Shown here piece by piece: positions 1 to 10,878 of a stretch of 64,000 nt of DNA; within the stretch, counting starts at the first letter, position 1; every line of letters begins with the position of its first letter. This DNA comes from an uncultured Chloroflexia bacterium (GTDB lineage: Bacteria > Chloroflexota > Anaerolineae > Anaerolineales > Villigracilaceae), in contig CAVUHJ010000002.1 in NCBI GenBank assembly GCA_963741325.1, forward strand, positions 59,373 through 123,372. Reading direction: 5' to 3'. The translations under genes and the position numbers were made by a program. The notes below the pieces were generated by a model. The model made no database searches, had not been told where the DNA came from, and was given only the letters and a program-made list of their open reading frames with translations.

Positions 1-2
1 GT

Positions 3-955
3 TTGATGGTCCTATGGGGCAATATCCATGCCGAATTCGTGGCCGGTTTTTTGGTTTTGCTCGCTTATATGGCCGGCTGGTTCTGGGACTATTTGTTCAA
101 TCGTGAAAACCTCGATCGACAGGTGATCAAGAAACTGGCCGGTACTTTTGCGGTTTCATTGGTCGCCAGCCTGGTCAACCCGTTCGGGTGGAATACCTGG
201 AAGACCATCCTCAGCTACATGGGGAACAAATATTTAATGTCCACCATATTTGGAGACCAGGCCGCCCGATTTTTCCAGCCCGTCCTTCCTGGTTGAGCTC
301 CTGTTGATCATCGCTTCCATCCTCATATTCTCCCTTAAAAAGGGAAGCATCCGCAGCGGGCAGGCCTTTTTGATCGCGGGCTTTACGGTGCTGGCAATGA
401 CCTCCGCGCGCAACATGCATCTTTACGGAGTAGTGGCTCCCTTTGTCCTGGTGGGACCCGCGGTGGAAATCGCAGATCTGGCCTTCCTGAAGAGAGCCGC
501 CTCGGCCATGCTGCAAATCGAGAAACAACTGAAAGGGTTTGTCTGGCCCGCAGCCACCGTGCTCATAACTTTTGCTTTACTGGTTTCCGGAAAATTGGGT
601 GGGGACTACTTTATCGATCCCAAACTTTTCCCCGTGGATGCGGTCCAGTGGCTGCAGGACAATCCCGCAGTCGGGCCGCATGTTCAATAACTTCATCTGG
701 GGTGGGTATATCGTATGGCGCTTGTGGCCGGAGCAAAAGGATTTTATAGACAGCCAGTCCGATCTCACCGGGGAGGCGACAAAACTGTACCTGACCGTCG
801 ATGAGCTGGATACGGGCTGGCAGGATGTTCTTCAGCAGTATGATGTCCAATGGGTTATCATGCCGGTCAACTCCGCGCTGGGCAATGAGCTTGCCAAAGA
901 TGGATGGAGGACTTTATATAAAGATTCAACCTCCATCATCCTGCGGCAGGAATAG
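3..955 (+). CDS. C-terminal part of a polytopic membrane protein (5' end outside window); frame broken near 250 and 665
   Basis: ORFs 3-296, 250-690 and 572-955 in successive frames read as one hydrophobic protein (..MSTI/ETRPPDFSSPSFLVELLLII.., ..QWLQDNP/QSGRMFNNFIWGGYIVW..). Confidence 0.5.
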
Positions 956-1018
956 GAAGGTTTTTTTCTGCGAAATCAGCAAAATCTGCGGATAATCTTT
1001 GGATTGCTGCCATAAGAC

Positions 1019-2193
1019 ATGATCAACTACGATGTCATCATCCTTGGCGGAGGTCCTGCGGGACTCTCCACCGCCCTGCATCTGGCTCAACTCGCCCCCA
1101 GCCTCATCCCGCGCATCGTGATCCTCGAAAAGGCCCATTATCCCCGACCCAAGTTGTGCGCAGGCGGGTTGCTCGCCGACGCAGAGGTGATCCTCCAGCG
1201 CCTGGGCCTGGACGTCAGCGAAGTTCCGCACGTGGATGCCGCCTGCAGCGCATTTGGATTTCGCCGGCAAAGGGTTGAACCTTTCGCTGCCCGGCAACCA
1301 TACCCTGCGTGTTATACGCCGCGATGAGTTTGACAATTGGCTGGCGAAAAAGGCGGCGGGCCGGGGAATTGAGATCAAGGAAGGGGTAACTGTCCTGGAC
1401 GTGCAGCCGCGTGAGGACTGCGTAATAGTTGAAACAGATATGGGGACCTTCACATCCCAGGCTGTTGTGGGCGCCGACGGATCGAACGGCGTGACACGCC
1501 GCCGCATCCTGCCGGACGAAGCCGTCCACACGGCCCGTGTGCTGGAGGTGTTAACTCAGCCTTACGCCACCTCCAAAAACTCGGAGGTGAGCGGTGGAGA
1601 GAGGGGCCGGGAGGACGCAGCCTACTTCGACTTCTTTTGCGTGCCGGATGGCATCGCGGGCTATACCTGGGACTTCCCCACCCAGCTTCATGGTCAGCCC
1701 GATGCGCTGTTGGGGGGTATATGATACGAACCTCCTGGCAGGTATGCAGCGTCCGGCGTTGAAACAGCCGTTGGTCGAAGAAATGGCGCGGCACGGCTTG
1801 GACCTCAACGCTGTCGAGCTGAAAGGCTATCCGATCCGTTGGTTCAGCCCCAAAAATCGCATGTCTGTGCCGCGCGTCATCCTGGCGGGTGATGCGGTCG
1901 GAGCAGACCCGGTCTTTGGCGAAGGCATCAGCATCGCGTTGGGCTATGGCGCACTTGCCGCTCGCGAGCTCAGCGAATCGTTCAGCCGTGGAGATTTTTC
2001 CTTTTCCCGATACAAGTCTCGAGTAATGACGAGCGCCCTCGGTCACGCACTCCTCACTCGTTGGGCGATTGCACAGATCCTGTATCGCCTGCGTTGGGCC
2101 TGGTTTCAAAGATTCTTCTGGCGTGGCCTTAAACCGTTTGTGGCCTTGGTTTCCTCGATCCTCGTGATCAACTGGGCCAAAAGAATGAACTAG
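1019..2193 (+). CDS. FAD-dependent oxidoreductase, geranylgeranyl-reductase family; frame broken near 1245 and 1700
   Basis: N-terminal dinucleotide fold MINYDVIILGGGPAGLS..KLCAGGL; three overlapping ORFs continue one protein (..DGSNGVTRR.., ..ILAGDAVGADPVFGEGIS..). Confidence 0.7.
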
Positions 2194-2232
2194 AATTGTA
2201 TTTACCTCAACAAGGTTACATACGAGAGACTT

Positions 2233-2288
2233 CCGATTTTTTGGATATGGGGCGGGGTAAACACCCCGCCCCATATCCAAAAAATCGG
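2233..2288. repeat. 25-bp perfect-stem hairpin (CCGATTTTTTGGATATGGGGCGGGG / loop TAAACA / reverse complement)
   Basis: Read directly; intergenic; core TTTGGATATGGGG resembles hairpins at 15481, 22760 and 55096. Confidence 0.85.
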
Positions 2289-2348
2289 GGATTCTTCTAA
2301 TTTGACATTTTCGAGGTAGTTACGAAATCGCAATTCGGGAGTGAACTG

Positions 2349-4040
2349 TTGAAGAGAACGTGGGTAATAGCTGCCGGGATCGTTTCAGGAATTATTGTCG
2401 CGGCGTTGGCGATCTTTGCCTACCAGCTCGGGTTCGATAAAAATCCGAACTGGGGTCCGGGGCGGACCTTCGTTCTGGCAATTGGTATCTTGATCGTCGT
2501 TGGCGCCAGCTTCTTTTCGCTGATCACATCCAGGTCAGGGCGCACCTATTTCCTGGCAGGGTTGGTGGTTCTCTTCGTCCTTGCGGTCTATGGTTGGTTT
2601 ATAAGTGTTGGCTACTGGACGACCTGGCCGAAAACTACCAACTACTACGACATGCTCGCAACTTCTTTCCAACATAACCAGCTTGCGCTTCAGATCAAGC
2701 CCGATCCCATCCTGTTGGCCATGCCCGATCCTTATGATATTTATGCACGCGAAGCGCAGACCAAACTCACCTACCTTTTCGATGGGTCGTTTTACAAAGG
2801 GAAGTTCTATTTATATTGGGGGCCTGTCCCTGCGCTTTTGCTGCTGCCTTTCAAATTCGTGGTCCGGGGTGAGATCGGCGATCAATTCCTCGTCTTTGCG
2901 TTCGCCTGCGGGTTATTTATCTTTCTGTCGCTGTTGCTGCTCGAGGTCTGGAGGCGATTCTTCGAGGGCCTGCCGGCCTGGACCCTCCTGGTTGGCATTC
3001 TGCTCGCCGGGCTGATCACACCAGCCACCTGGCTCCTGAACCAGCCTCAAATCTACGAAGCCTCCATCGTAGGCGGACAGTTCTTTTTGATCGGGGGAGT
3101 TTACTTTGCTTTCGCGGCTTTGGGATCGCAAGCACCTTCGGCCTGGCGATTGGTATTGACCGGGGTTTTTCTGGCCCTCGCAGTTGGGTGCCGAAACGTC
3201 CTGGCCCTGCCGGTGATATTCATAACATTGATGACCGCTCTCGGCGTCCTTCTATATTATGGTGTATCTGCCGCACGCACACGGACGGCGGTTAGCCTGG
3301 GCTGGCTCCTGTTGCCGTTGGCCGTCGGCGCCGGGCTGCTTGGATGGTACAACTGGGCTCGTTTTGGTTCAGTCCTGGAGTCCGGGCTCCGTTTTCAGCT
3401 CAGCGGCATAAATTACCGGCAGTACTACAACGACCTCTTCTCGATCCAGTATGTCCTCCTGAACCTGCGCTACTATTTATTTATCCCGGTTAAGTTCATC
3501 CACGCTTTCCCATTTATCAAACCGATCCCAACTTATTCGTGGCCCGCCCCGTCCATACCGGTTCCGATATTCTATTACGCAAAAGAGAGAGTCACAGGAT
3601 TGGTTTACAGCGACCCCTTCCTGGTATTCGCTTTGGTCGCCATCGCAATTTCCGGTCCATGGATAAACCGCAAACTGCATAATAAGGCAGCCCCCGAAGA
3701 TAATCCGGCCCGGAAGGGCCTGCCATGGCTCTCGATCAGCCTGCTCGGGATCGCGGCCATTTCTTTCGTTACACTTATGCTCTACTATTATTGTACGATG
3801 CGGTTTGTTGAGGATTTTATTCCGGCCCTTACCCTGCTTGCCGTGCTGGGTTTTTGGCAGGGTTACAGCCTCCTGCCACACAGATGGTATTGGCAATGGA
3901 TGTATGGCTTCATCTCGTTGGGTCTTGCCGCCTTTACTATTTCAGCGGGCCTGCTGCTCGGAATTTCAAGTTATACCGAGCGTTTCCGCTACTTGAACCC
4001 CGCTTTATTCAACTCCATGGTCAAGCTCTTTGCCCGTTGA
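2349..4040 (+). CDS. Polytopic integral membrane protein (563 aa, at least 12 TM); possibly a GT-C type glycosyltransferase
   Basis: Intact ORF, hydrophobic throughout, TTG start in the ORF track; the family assignment is a guess from topology only. Confidence 0.45.
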   Translation: MKRTWVIAAGIVSGIIVAALAIFAYQLGFDKNPNWGPGRTFVLAIGILIVVGASFFSLITSRSGRTYFLAGLVVLFVLAVYGWFISVGYWTTWPKTTNYYDMLATSFQHNQLALQIKPDPILLAMPDPYDIYAREAQTKLTYLFDGSFYKGKFYLYWGPVPALLLLPFKFVVRGEIGDQFLVFAFACGLFIFLSLLLLEVWRRFFEGLPAWTLLVGILLAGLITPATWLLNQPQIYEASIVGGQFFLIGGVYFAFAALGSQAPSAWRLVLTGVFLALAVGCRNVLALPVIFITLMTALGVLLYYGVSAARTRTAVSLGWLLLPLAVGAGLLGWYNWARFGSVLESGLRFQLSGINYRQYYNDLFSIQYVLLNLRYYLFIPVKFIHAFPFIKPIPTYSWPAPSIPVPIFYYAKERVTGLVYSDPFLVFALVAIAISGPWINRKLHNKAAPEDNPARKGLPWLSISLLGIAAISFVTLMLYYYCTMRFVEDFIPALTLLAVLGFWQGYSLLPHRWYWQWMYGFISLGLAAFTISAGLLLGISSYTERFRYLNPALFNSMVKLFAR

Positions 4041-4449
4041 TAGATCACCACTTACCATCCCCCACAGTTGAGCTTTTGCTACTCACAATCAGTGCTTCAC
4101 GAAAGGGTACCCGATTTTCGTGATCTACTGACAATAGGTTTTTTCTGTCCGGAAGGAGTAATGTTTGACACGAATGGCATCGCGTACTTGATCGAGCAGC
4201 TTTTTAGGTTTCGCCTCATCATGTTGACGGTTCGGGGAATGCCGCAAGGATGTTGTTTTCTTAACGCTGCAAATTCTACATGGCGTATGCTAAAATCGAC
4301 GAATTCGTTTATCTTATTTGAATTTATCACGGCCTATTTACTCATATCATTTTAGGCGTTCAGGCGGTGGCAGTCTATAGTCCCTTAGAACGTGAAATGA
4401 CGGCTGAGCACCTAGCTAGGCGGCCAGAACATACAGAGAGGAGACCACG

Positions 4450-4794
4450 ATGAGAAACGAGCAGGAGGCACCTGAGACGAAAGGTATTACGGTGAAGCTA
4501 CTAGCAGCGCTTGACCTTGGCCTTGAAATCGAGGGCATGGCAGGGCGCCAATTTCGAATGCGAATGGTGACTATCGAACCTGGAGGGGTCTTCGGCCCAA
4601 TTCACGACCATAAAGACAGGCCGGGCATGGTCTACATACTGCAAGGAACGATCACTGACCATCGAAATGGAGTGGCTAAGGAGTATGGGCCGGGAGTGGG
4701 CTGGCCCGAGGATAAGGACACCACGCACTGGCTTGAGAATAGAGGAACGACGCCGGCGGTGGAGATCTCAGTCGATATAGTCAGGCAAGAGTAA
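4450..4794 (+). CDS. Cupin-domain protein
   Basis: 114 aa with ..VTIEPGGVFGPIHDHKDRPGMVYILQGT.. typical of a cupin metal-binding barrel. Confidence 0.6.
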   Translation: MRNEQEAPETKGITVKLLAALDLGLEIEGMAGRQFRMRMVTIEPGGVFGPIHDHKDRPGMVYILQGTITDHRNGVAKEYGPGVGWPEDKDTTHWLENRGTTPAVEISVDIVRQE

Positions 4795-5038
4795 GCTCAG
4801 GCTCGATATTTACCCCGGTCGCCGCCTGATGCTGGGGATGGCTGGGCGATGCTGGTGGTGACACCGCTGCGCGTCGCCTGAGGCTCGCTCGCCCAATCTG
4901 CGGCACTTAGGGCAGGCAGTTTTCTACACCTTTTCATTTTTCTGGCTGGACGGTCCCCGCCCCAGCACAGGTACTCCGCCAAGAGCATGCGGGGCTTACG
5001 CAAACCGTCCGGCAGACGGAGCGAAAGGAGGCAAGGCC

Positions 5039-5554
5039 GTGATCCTTCCCAAAGTTCGCGACCCCAAATTCATCACAGTTCGCCGCGGCGGCACTCTGCA
5101 AGACTCCGACCACCGGCTTCTCGCCGAGTGGGCAGCCGACTGCGCGGAGCACGTGCTGCCTCTGTTCGAGGCGGCACAGCCTGCTGACGCGCGACCGCGC
5201 CAGGCAATCGAGCTGGCACGAGCCTGGGTACGGGGCGAGATCAAGATGTCTCAAGCCCGCACGGCAGCCGGCCATGCGCAAGCCGCTGCACGGGATCTGT
5301 CCGGCGCCGCGAGGCATGCGGCGTATGCTGCCGGGCAGGCCGCGGCGGTAGCTCATGTCGCCGCACACGAGCTGGGTGCTGCGGCCTACGCGATCAAGGC
5401 CGCGCGTGCAGCTGCATCCAAAGGTGAGGCGGAGAGTGCTGGCCGGCTCGAGTGCCAGTGGCAGCGCGAACAGCTGCCGGAGGCGATTCGCGAGCTTGTT
5501 CTGGACGACCAGCGGCTCAGAAACGATATCTGCTGGTCGGTGTTCGACTGCTGA
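5039..5554 (+). CDS. Alanine-rich helical conserved hypothetical protein (family sometimes annotated as putative immunity protein)
   Basis: GTG start 8 nt after AAAGGAGG; 171 aa; lies in a local GC-rich block (about 4800-5700). Confidence 0.4.
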   Translation: MILPKVRDPKFITVRRGGTLQDSDHRLLAEWAADCAEHVLPLFEAAQPADARPRQAIELARAWVRGEIKMSQARTAAGHAQAAARDLSGAARHAAYAAGQAAAVAHVAAHELGAAAYAIKAARAAASKGEAESAGRLECQWQREQLPEAIRELVLDDQRLRNDICWSVFDC

Positions 5555-5719
5555 CAGGCCGTCAGCGCACGCCGGCACTGCCCAACACAGCGTGCAACGG
5601 ACGGCTGGAGCTCGGCGCGTTTTTCAAGCAGTTTTCCTGGCACAAAGCTGATTCCGTCACAGCGGTTTGATCCCGTCCCGCCTACCAGCGGGTAACGTAC
5701 ACCGTTATTCATATAAGAT

Positions 5720-5746
5720 AAAACGCCCTTTAACCCAGGGCGTTTT
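5720..5746. terminator. Bidirectional intrinsic terminator between convergent genes
   Basis: AAAACGCCCT-ttaaccc-AGGGCGTTTT with T/A-rich flanks, between the 5039-5554 (+) gene and recO (-). Confidence 0.6.
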
Positions 5747-5884
5747 ATCATTGCCATATCGTGATCTCGATTTTAAAATAGAAGCTGACGTATTGATCCC
5801 GAAGCGTAGCGGAGGAAGGCTGGGGTGGCGTCCCCATGAGTAGATACTGGATTTTAGCGTAGGGCAATCTTTTAATTGGCCCTC

Positions 5885-6647
5885 TCAGGGCTTGACGCGC
5901 CTGATAAACCCGGGCGTATTCAATTCACGTTCCAGCAGATAGGTAAAATACCCCTGCATCAGGCTCTCGGCCTCCGTCTGTACCTCGGGGCTGGGGCGCG
6001 CCCGCGACGCCTCCGCATAACTTGAGCGTTGGAAGTGGCGCAGATATTTGAGCGCATCCACGGAAATGCGCGTCAGGTTGGGCAGTCCCCGTCCGCAGTT
6101 TGGACAGATGACTCCTCCCGCAGAGAACGAAAAGAACTGGTCCTCGGCCAGGATATCACGCCCGCAGTTGGCGCATTGGACAAGTTGGGGACGGAATCCC
6201 AGGTAGTCGAGCAGGCGCATCTCATAATAGCGGATGACCAGCCAGGGGTCCGACCTTGGAAGCCAGGCGCGCCAGCGTATCCGTCAACAGGCGGAATATG
6301 GGCGAGTTCTCCGTCCCATCGTCGTAGGTCAACCGGTCGAGCAATTCGATCACGTACGAGGCGTGGCCCATCAATAACAGGTCCTCGCCCAGCGGCAGAT
6401 AGGCTTCGATCGTATCGGCCTGCGTGACGAGCAGCAGGTCACGGCCTTTGGCAAGTTGCAGCTTGACGTGCGTGAAAGGTTCCAAATGTCCGGCTTTGCG
6501 CGAAGTGACCTTGCGCGCCCCTTTTACGAGCGCGCGTGTCTTGCCGAGTTGGCGTGTATACAGGCTCAGGATGCGGTCGGCTTCGCCATAATCGGTATGG
6601 CGCAAAACCACGGCCTCAACTCGAAAGGAATGCCCGCCTTCCCTCAT
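5885..6647 (-). CDS. recO: DNA repair protein RecO; frame broken near 6225
   Basis: N-terminal OB-fold part (..FRVEAVVLRHTDYGEADRIL..) and C-terminal zinc-finger part (..CANCGRD..CPNCG..) lie in adjacent frames. Confidence 0.8.
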
Positions 6648-7021
6648 TTTTGAACGTGCTTCGGAAGAAAAGCCTCGGGAAGCAATTCCCCCACAGTGAT
6701 CTCCTGCACCAGCCTGCCCTTCCCATCCGCGATCAGGACGATCGTATCCAGTCCGAACTCAGACAGCACCTGGCGGCAGGCGCCGCACGGCGAACCGCCG
6801 TTATCTGTAACGACCGCGATTACATCGAAATCGCGCTCGCCCTCTGAGACCGCTTTGAAGACCGCCACCCGTTCAGCGCAGATACCCGTTGGATAGGCCG
6901 CGTTTTCGATGTTTACGCCCGTGTAGACGCGGCCGCTCTTCGTCCGCAGCGCCGCCCCGACGGGGTAATTCGAATAAGGCGCGTAAGCCTGCCGCCGCGC
7001 CTCGTTCGCAAGCTCGATCAA
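6644..7021 (-). CDS. cdd: Cytidine deaminase
   Basis: 125 aa with ..CAERVAVFKAV.. and ..PCGACRQVL.. zinc-ligand motifs. Confidence 0.85.
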   Translation of the reverse strand: MIELANEARRQAYAPYSNYPVGAALRTKSGRVYTGVNIENAAYPTGICAERVAVFKAVSEGERDFDVIAVVTDNGGSPCGACRQVLSEFGLDTIVLIADGKGRLVQEITVGELLPEAFLPKHVQK

Positions 7022-7090
7022 TTGTTTGTAATCCTCTTTAGATTTGAACCATAAAAGGAGCCCTTCAACGCAAAGCGTTAAGTCTGCGGG

Positions 7091-8457
7091 TCAATTCTTT
7101 TTTGTTTTCCGTTCTAGTTTCTTAATGGCGCGCGCCGGCACGCCCACCACCAGGGTATCGGCGGCTACATCCTTCGTCACCACGGCTCCCGCACCGGTCT
7201 TCGCGCCGTCGCCGATCTTCAGCGGAGCCACAAGCATGGTGTCTGAGCCGATGAAAACATCCGAGCCGATCTCGGTTGGATTCTTCTTCTCGCCGTCGTA
7301 ATTGCAGGTGATCGTCCCGGCGCCGATATTCGTGTTCGCGCCGATGGTGGCATTCCCAATGATATGAAAAATGTCCCACCTTGACTCCCGGCGCCAGGTA
7401 CGAATCTTTAACCTCGCCAAAATTGCCCATGTGGACATGGTTCCCGAGATGCGCGCCTTTGCGCAGCCGGGCGAACGGGCCCATATCGATATCGTCTTCC
7501 AGCACCGCGCCCTCCATCACGGAGGCCAGCACCTTGCACCGGTTCCCGATTTTTGAATCACGGATGATCGTATTGGGTCCCAGGATATTCCCTTCCCCGA
7601 TCACGGTCTTGCCATGGATATAGGTGTTCGGCATGATGACGGTATCTTTGCCGATCGTTACGCCGGCCTCGATATAAGTGGAGGCCGGGTCTGTCATGCT
7701 GACGCCGTTCAACATGTGTGCACGGTTGATGCGCTGGCGCATGGCGGCTTCCGCCTCCGCCAGGTGCACGCGGGTATTGATGCCGATGGTCTCGATCAGG
7801 TCATCGTGTACGACGGCTTGAACGGCCAGATGGTCCTTTACTGCCAGCTCCACGACATCGGTCAGATAATACTCCCCTTTTTGCGGGTTTTTTTGAATGC
7901 GCGGCAGCGCCTCCCACAGCCACTCGGACCTGAAGCAGTACGCGCCTACATTGAGTTCGCGGATGTTAAGTTGCTCGGGCGTGGCGACGTATTCTTCAAC
8001 AATGGCTTCCACATTTCCCTGCGGCCCGCGCACGATCCGTCCAAAGCCGCGCGGATCATCTGACATGACGGTCAGCAGGCTGAAGGGTCCGGGGTTGTCC
8101 TGTTGGGTTTCGACAGAGTCGCTTATAGGTCTCGCCTTGCAGCAGGGGCATATCTGCATATAGGACGATCACATAATCCGATTTCCCTTTGAGCAGGTCC
8201 TTCGCCTGCAAGGCGGCATGCGCCGTTCCCAATTGCGGCTCCTGCACGACGCAGTCGGCGGTATCACCCACAAAAGATTTCACTTGTTCCGCGCCGTGTC
8301 CCACGATCACAACCGGCTTCTCGGTGGATACGGCCTTCACGGCTTCAAGCACATACCAGAGCATGGGTTTTCCACACAGGGGATGCAGCACCTTGGGCAG
8401 ATCCGACTTCATGCGCGTGCCCTGCCCGGCTGCAAGTAAGATGGCGGCAACTTTCAT
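7091..8457 (-). CDS. glmU: Bifunctional GlcNAc-1-P uridyltransferase / GlcN-1-P acetyltransferase; frame broken near 8110 and 7400
   Basis: [26 protein letters not shown].. N-terminus, left-handed beta-helix hexapeptide C-terminus; three ORFs in different frames join seamlessly. Confidence 0.85.
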
Positions 8458-8562
8458 GGTTGGCTCCTATAACAAAACAGGTCTGCCAGCACTTGATCTT
8501 TAGTGCTCGCGCAAGACCTGTTGAGAGAAAAATTCCCGCCTGCGCGGGTCTCCGGATCATAG

Positions 8563-8633
8563 CTGGGGCGCCTGGATTCGAACCAAGATCCACAAATTCA
8601 AAGTCTGGTGTGCTGCCCTTGCACCACGCCCCA
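8563..8633 (-). tRNA. tRNA-Gln (anticodon UUG), no encoded CCA
   Basis: Hand-folded cloverleaf: acceptor UGGGGCG/CGCCCCA with U1-A72 and G73, D stem GUGC/GCAC, loop CUUUGAA, T arm CUUGG-UUCGAAU-CCAGG; one C-U mismatch in the anticodon stem. Confidence 0.7.
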
Positions 8634-8766
8634 AAAAATGAGCGGGCAAATTGTATCACACTGAAATGACACAGTGCAAGCAGTGAGCCTTGCCATATTA
8701 AATCAGATGAAGAGATACCTGCCGCAGCCTATTACGACGCGAAGGATGCTCCTCGCACTGACCCCG

Positions 8767-9830
8767 TTATTTCTTTTGATCGGGCGTCAGGCCCAGCTTG
8801 CGTGCTTCTTCATAGAGATATGACTTCCGAATTGGTGGCTTTATTCGCATTCTGTTCTGCCGCCTGATTCCAGAATGCATCGATCTCTTCTTGTTTGATT
8901 TTCTTTTTGCCGGCCTCGTTGAGCAGGGCTTCCATTTCCGGTGCGGCCGGATGGTCTTCAGATCGCCGGTCTTTCCTTTTTTCTTGGGCGCGGGTGGAGG
9001 ACGGTATGGGCAGCTTAAGCTCCGCGGTTACCCCCATGGATCGCAGCGATTTGCCCACTTCATTTCTGACTTTGAGCATGGCCTCGACGATATCGAAGAT
9101 GTTTTCACGGCTGGCAATTCCGTTACCTGCCAGCAGCAGTGAATAAGAAGGGTCCACCGGTATCAGCAGCAGGTCATGATCGCCGCCCGGGAAAATAAAA
9201 TACTGGTTCAAGGCTTCCTGACGGTTGAACTTCGCAACCTTCAAGCCCGCGCTGAAGATGGCGGTCAGGGCGGAGACCAGGGAGACTTCCCGGCTGCTGT
9301 CATGCAGGTCTCCGGCGCGCGCCACGACCAGCCCCCGGTCACTGATAAGAAATACGGCGCTGGCCTTGGTATCCTGCCTGAAGTTGGCAAGCAGGTCCGA
9401 AACGCGGGAACGCTTCGCTTCCGTTTTTGCATCTGTTACGCTGGGGAATATGGTGCGGACGAGGCCGAGGCTGCGCTCGACCATGTCCAGGAAATCCGCC
9501 AGCGGGATGGGCTTATCGAAGATGGCAACCGCACCGGCATTGAGCATTTCATCGCGGGCTTTGCTGTCGGTCATGCCGGTGATCCAGATGACCTTGACGT
9601 CCGGATGCCTGATGCGCACCTTATGCATGAGCTCGACGCCCGTCATGCCGGGCAGCAGGTAATCGGCAACCAGCAGGTCGATGCGATGCCGGCTGACTTC
9701 CAAGCAGCGCCTCTTCGCCCGAAGGAGCCTCAATGATCTCGAGCCCCTCGTTCTTCAAAGTGTCGAGCGTTGAATGGAGCAGGCGAAGGATATCGCGCTG
9801 GTCATCAACAAGCAAGATCGTGGATGCCAT
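8767..9830 (-). CDS. Response-regulator receiver domain fused to a Roadblock/LC7 (MglB-like) domain; frame broken near 9710 and 8812
   Basis: [36 protein letters not shown] (REC), then ..[31 protein letters not shown].. ; a C-terminal ..[15 protein letters not shown] is recovered in another frame. Confidence 0.55.
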
Positions 9831-9856
9831 ATTTCTATTGGATACAGGGTCACAGT

Positions 9857-10858
9857 TCAGATTATACAGGAATTGTTCGGCAAAATGGCAGGCCGCAAAA
9901 TGACCCGGCTTTAACTCACGGAATTCGGGTTCCTGCTCCGAGCAAATTTGCTGTGCGATCGGGCAGCGCGGATGGAAACGGCAGCCGCTGGGAGGTTTCA
10001 AGGACTGGGTACGTCGCCTTTCAGGATCATGCGTTTGCGTTTCAATTTCGGGTCCGCGACCGGGATGGCCGACATGAGCGCCTGGGTGTATGGATGCAGG
10101 GGCGAGCGATACAACTCGTCACGGTCGGCCAGCTCCGCCATTTTTCCAAGATACATCACGGCCACCCGGTCGGAGATATGCTCCACGACACTCAGGTTAT
10201 GGGCGATGAACAGATAGGTCAGGCCAAATTCCTGCTGCAGGTCCTTCAGGATATTGAGCACCTGCGATTGGATCGACACATCCAGGGCTGAAACCGGCTC
10301 ATCGCATACGATGAATTTTGGCCGCAGAGCCAGAGCGCGGGCGATGCCGATGCGCTGGCGCTGACCGCCGGAAAACTCATGCGGGAAACGGCGCGCATGA
10401 TAAGTCTCAAGGCCCACCCTCTTGAGCGTTTCAAGCATGATGTCCACACGCTCTTTCGGTGCGCCGATATGATGGATATGCAGCCCTTCCATCACCGATT
10501 CGCCGATCGGCACACGTGGATCCAGGGAGGCGTACGGGTCCTGGAAGATGATCTGCATATCGCGGCGGATCGCCATCAACTCGTTGCTCTTGAGCTTGAA
10601 GATATCCTTGCCGTTGTAGATGGCGGAACCCGCCGTCGGCTCGATCAGGCGCAGCATGGTGCGGCCGACCGTGGTCTTGCCGCAGCCCGACTCACCCACC
10701 ATGCCCAGCGTCTCCCCTTTTTTAATCGTGAAACTTACATCGTCCACGGCCAGCACCTGGGCCACCACACGCTGCATGACGCCTGCCCGCACGGGAAAAT
10801 ATTTTTTTAAGTGCTCAACCTGTACCAGGTCTTCGTTTGAATTCATATTCTGAGCCAT
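9857..10858 (-). CDS. Oligopeptide/dipeptide ABC transporter ATP-binding protein (OppF/DppF type); frame broken near 10000, 3' end uncertain
   Basis: Walker [10 protein letters not shown], signature LSGGQRQR, C-terminal [12 protein letters not shown] motif continues in ORF 9621-10001. Confidence 0.8.
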
Positions 10859-10878
10859 CAGGGACTCCCGATCTAGGA

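Noticed and set aside
4068-4355. 95-aa ORF (and its antisense 77-aa ORF) in the AT-rich spacer
   Set aside because: There is no RBS or recognisable family, and the composition is like non-coding spacer. It is probably the promoter region of the cupin gene.
9621-10001. 126-aa ORF that fuses the OppF C-terminus to the response-regulator N-terminus
   Set aside because: It is a composite artefact. Its first 43 codons are the opp[13 protein letters not shown] tail, and the regulator starts at the internal ATG 9830. An alternative frame has a TGA near 9857.
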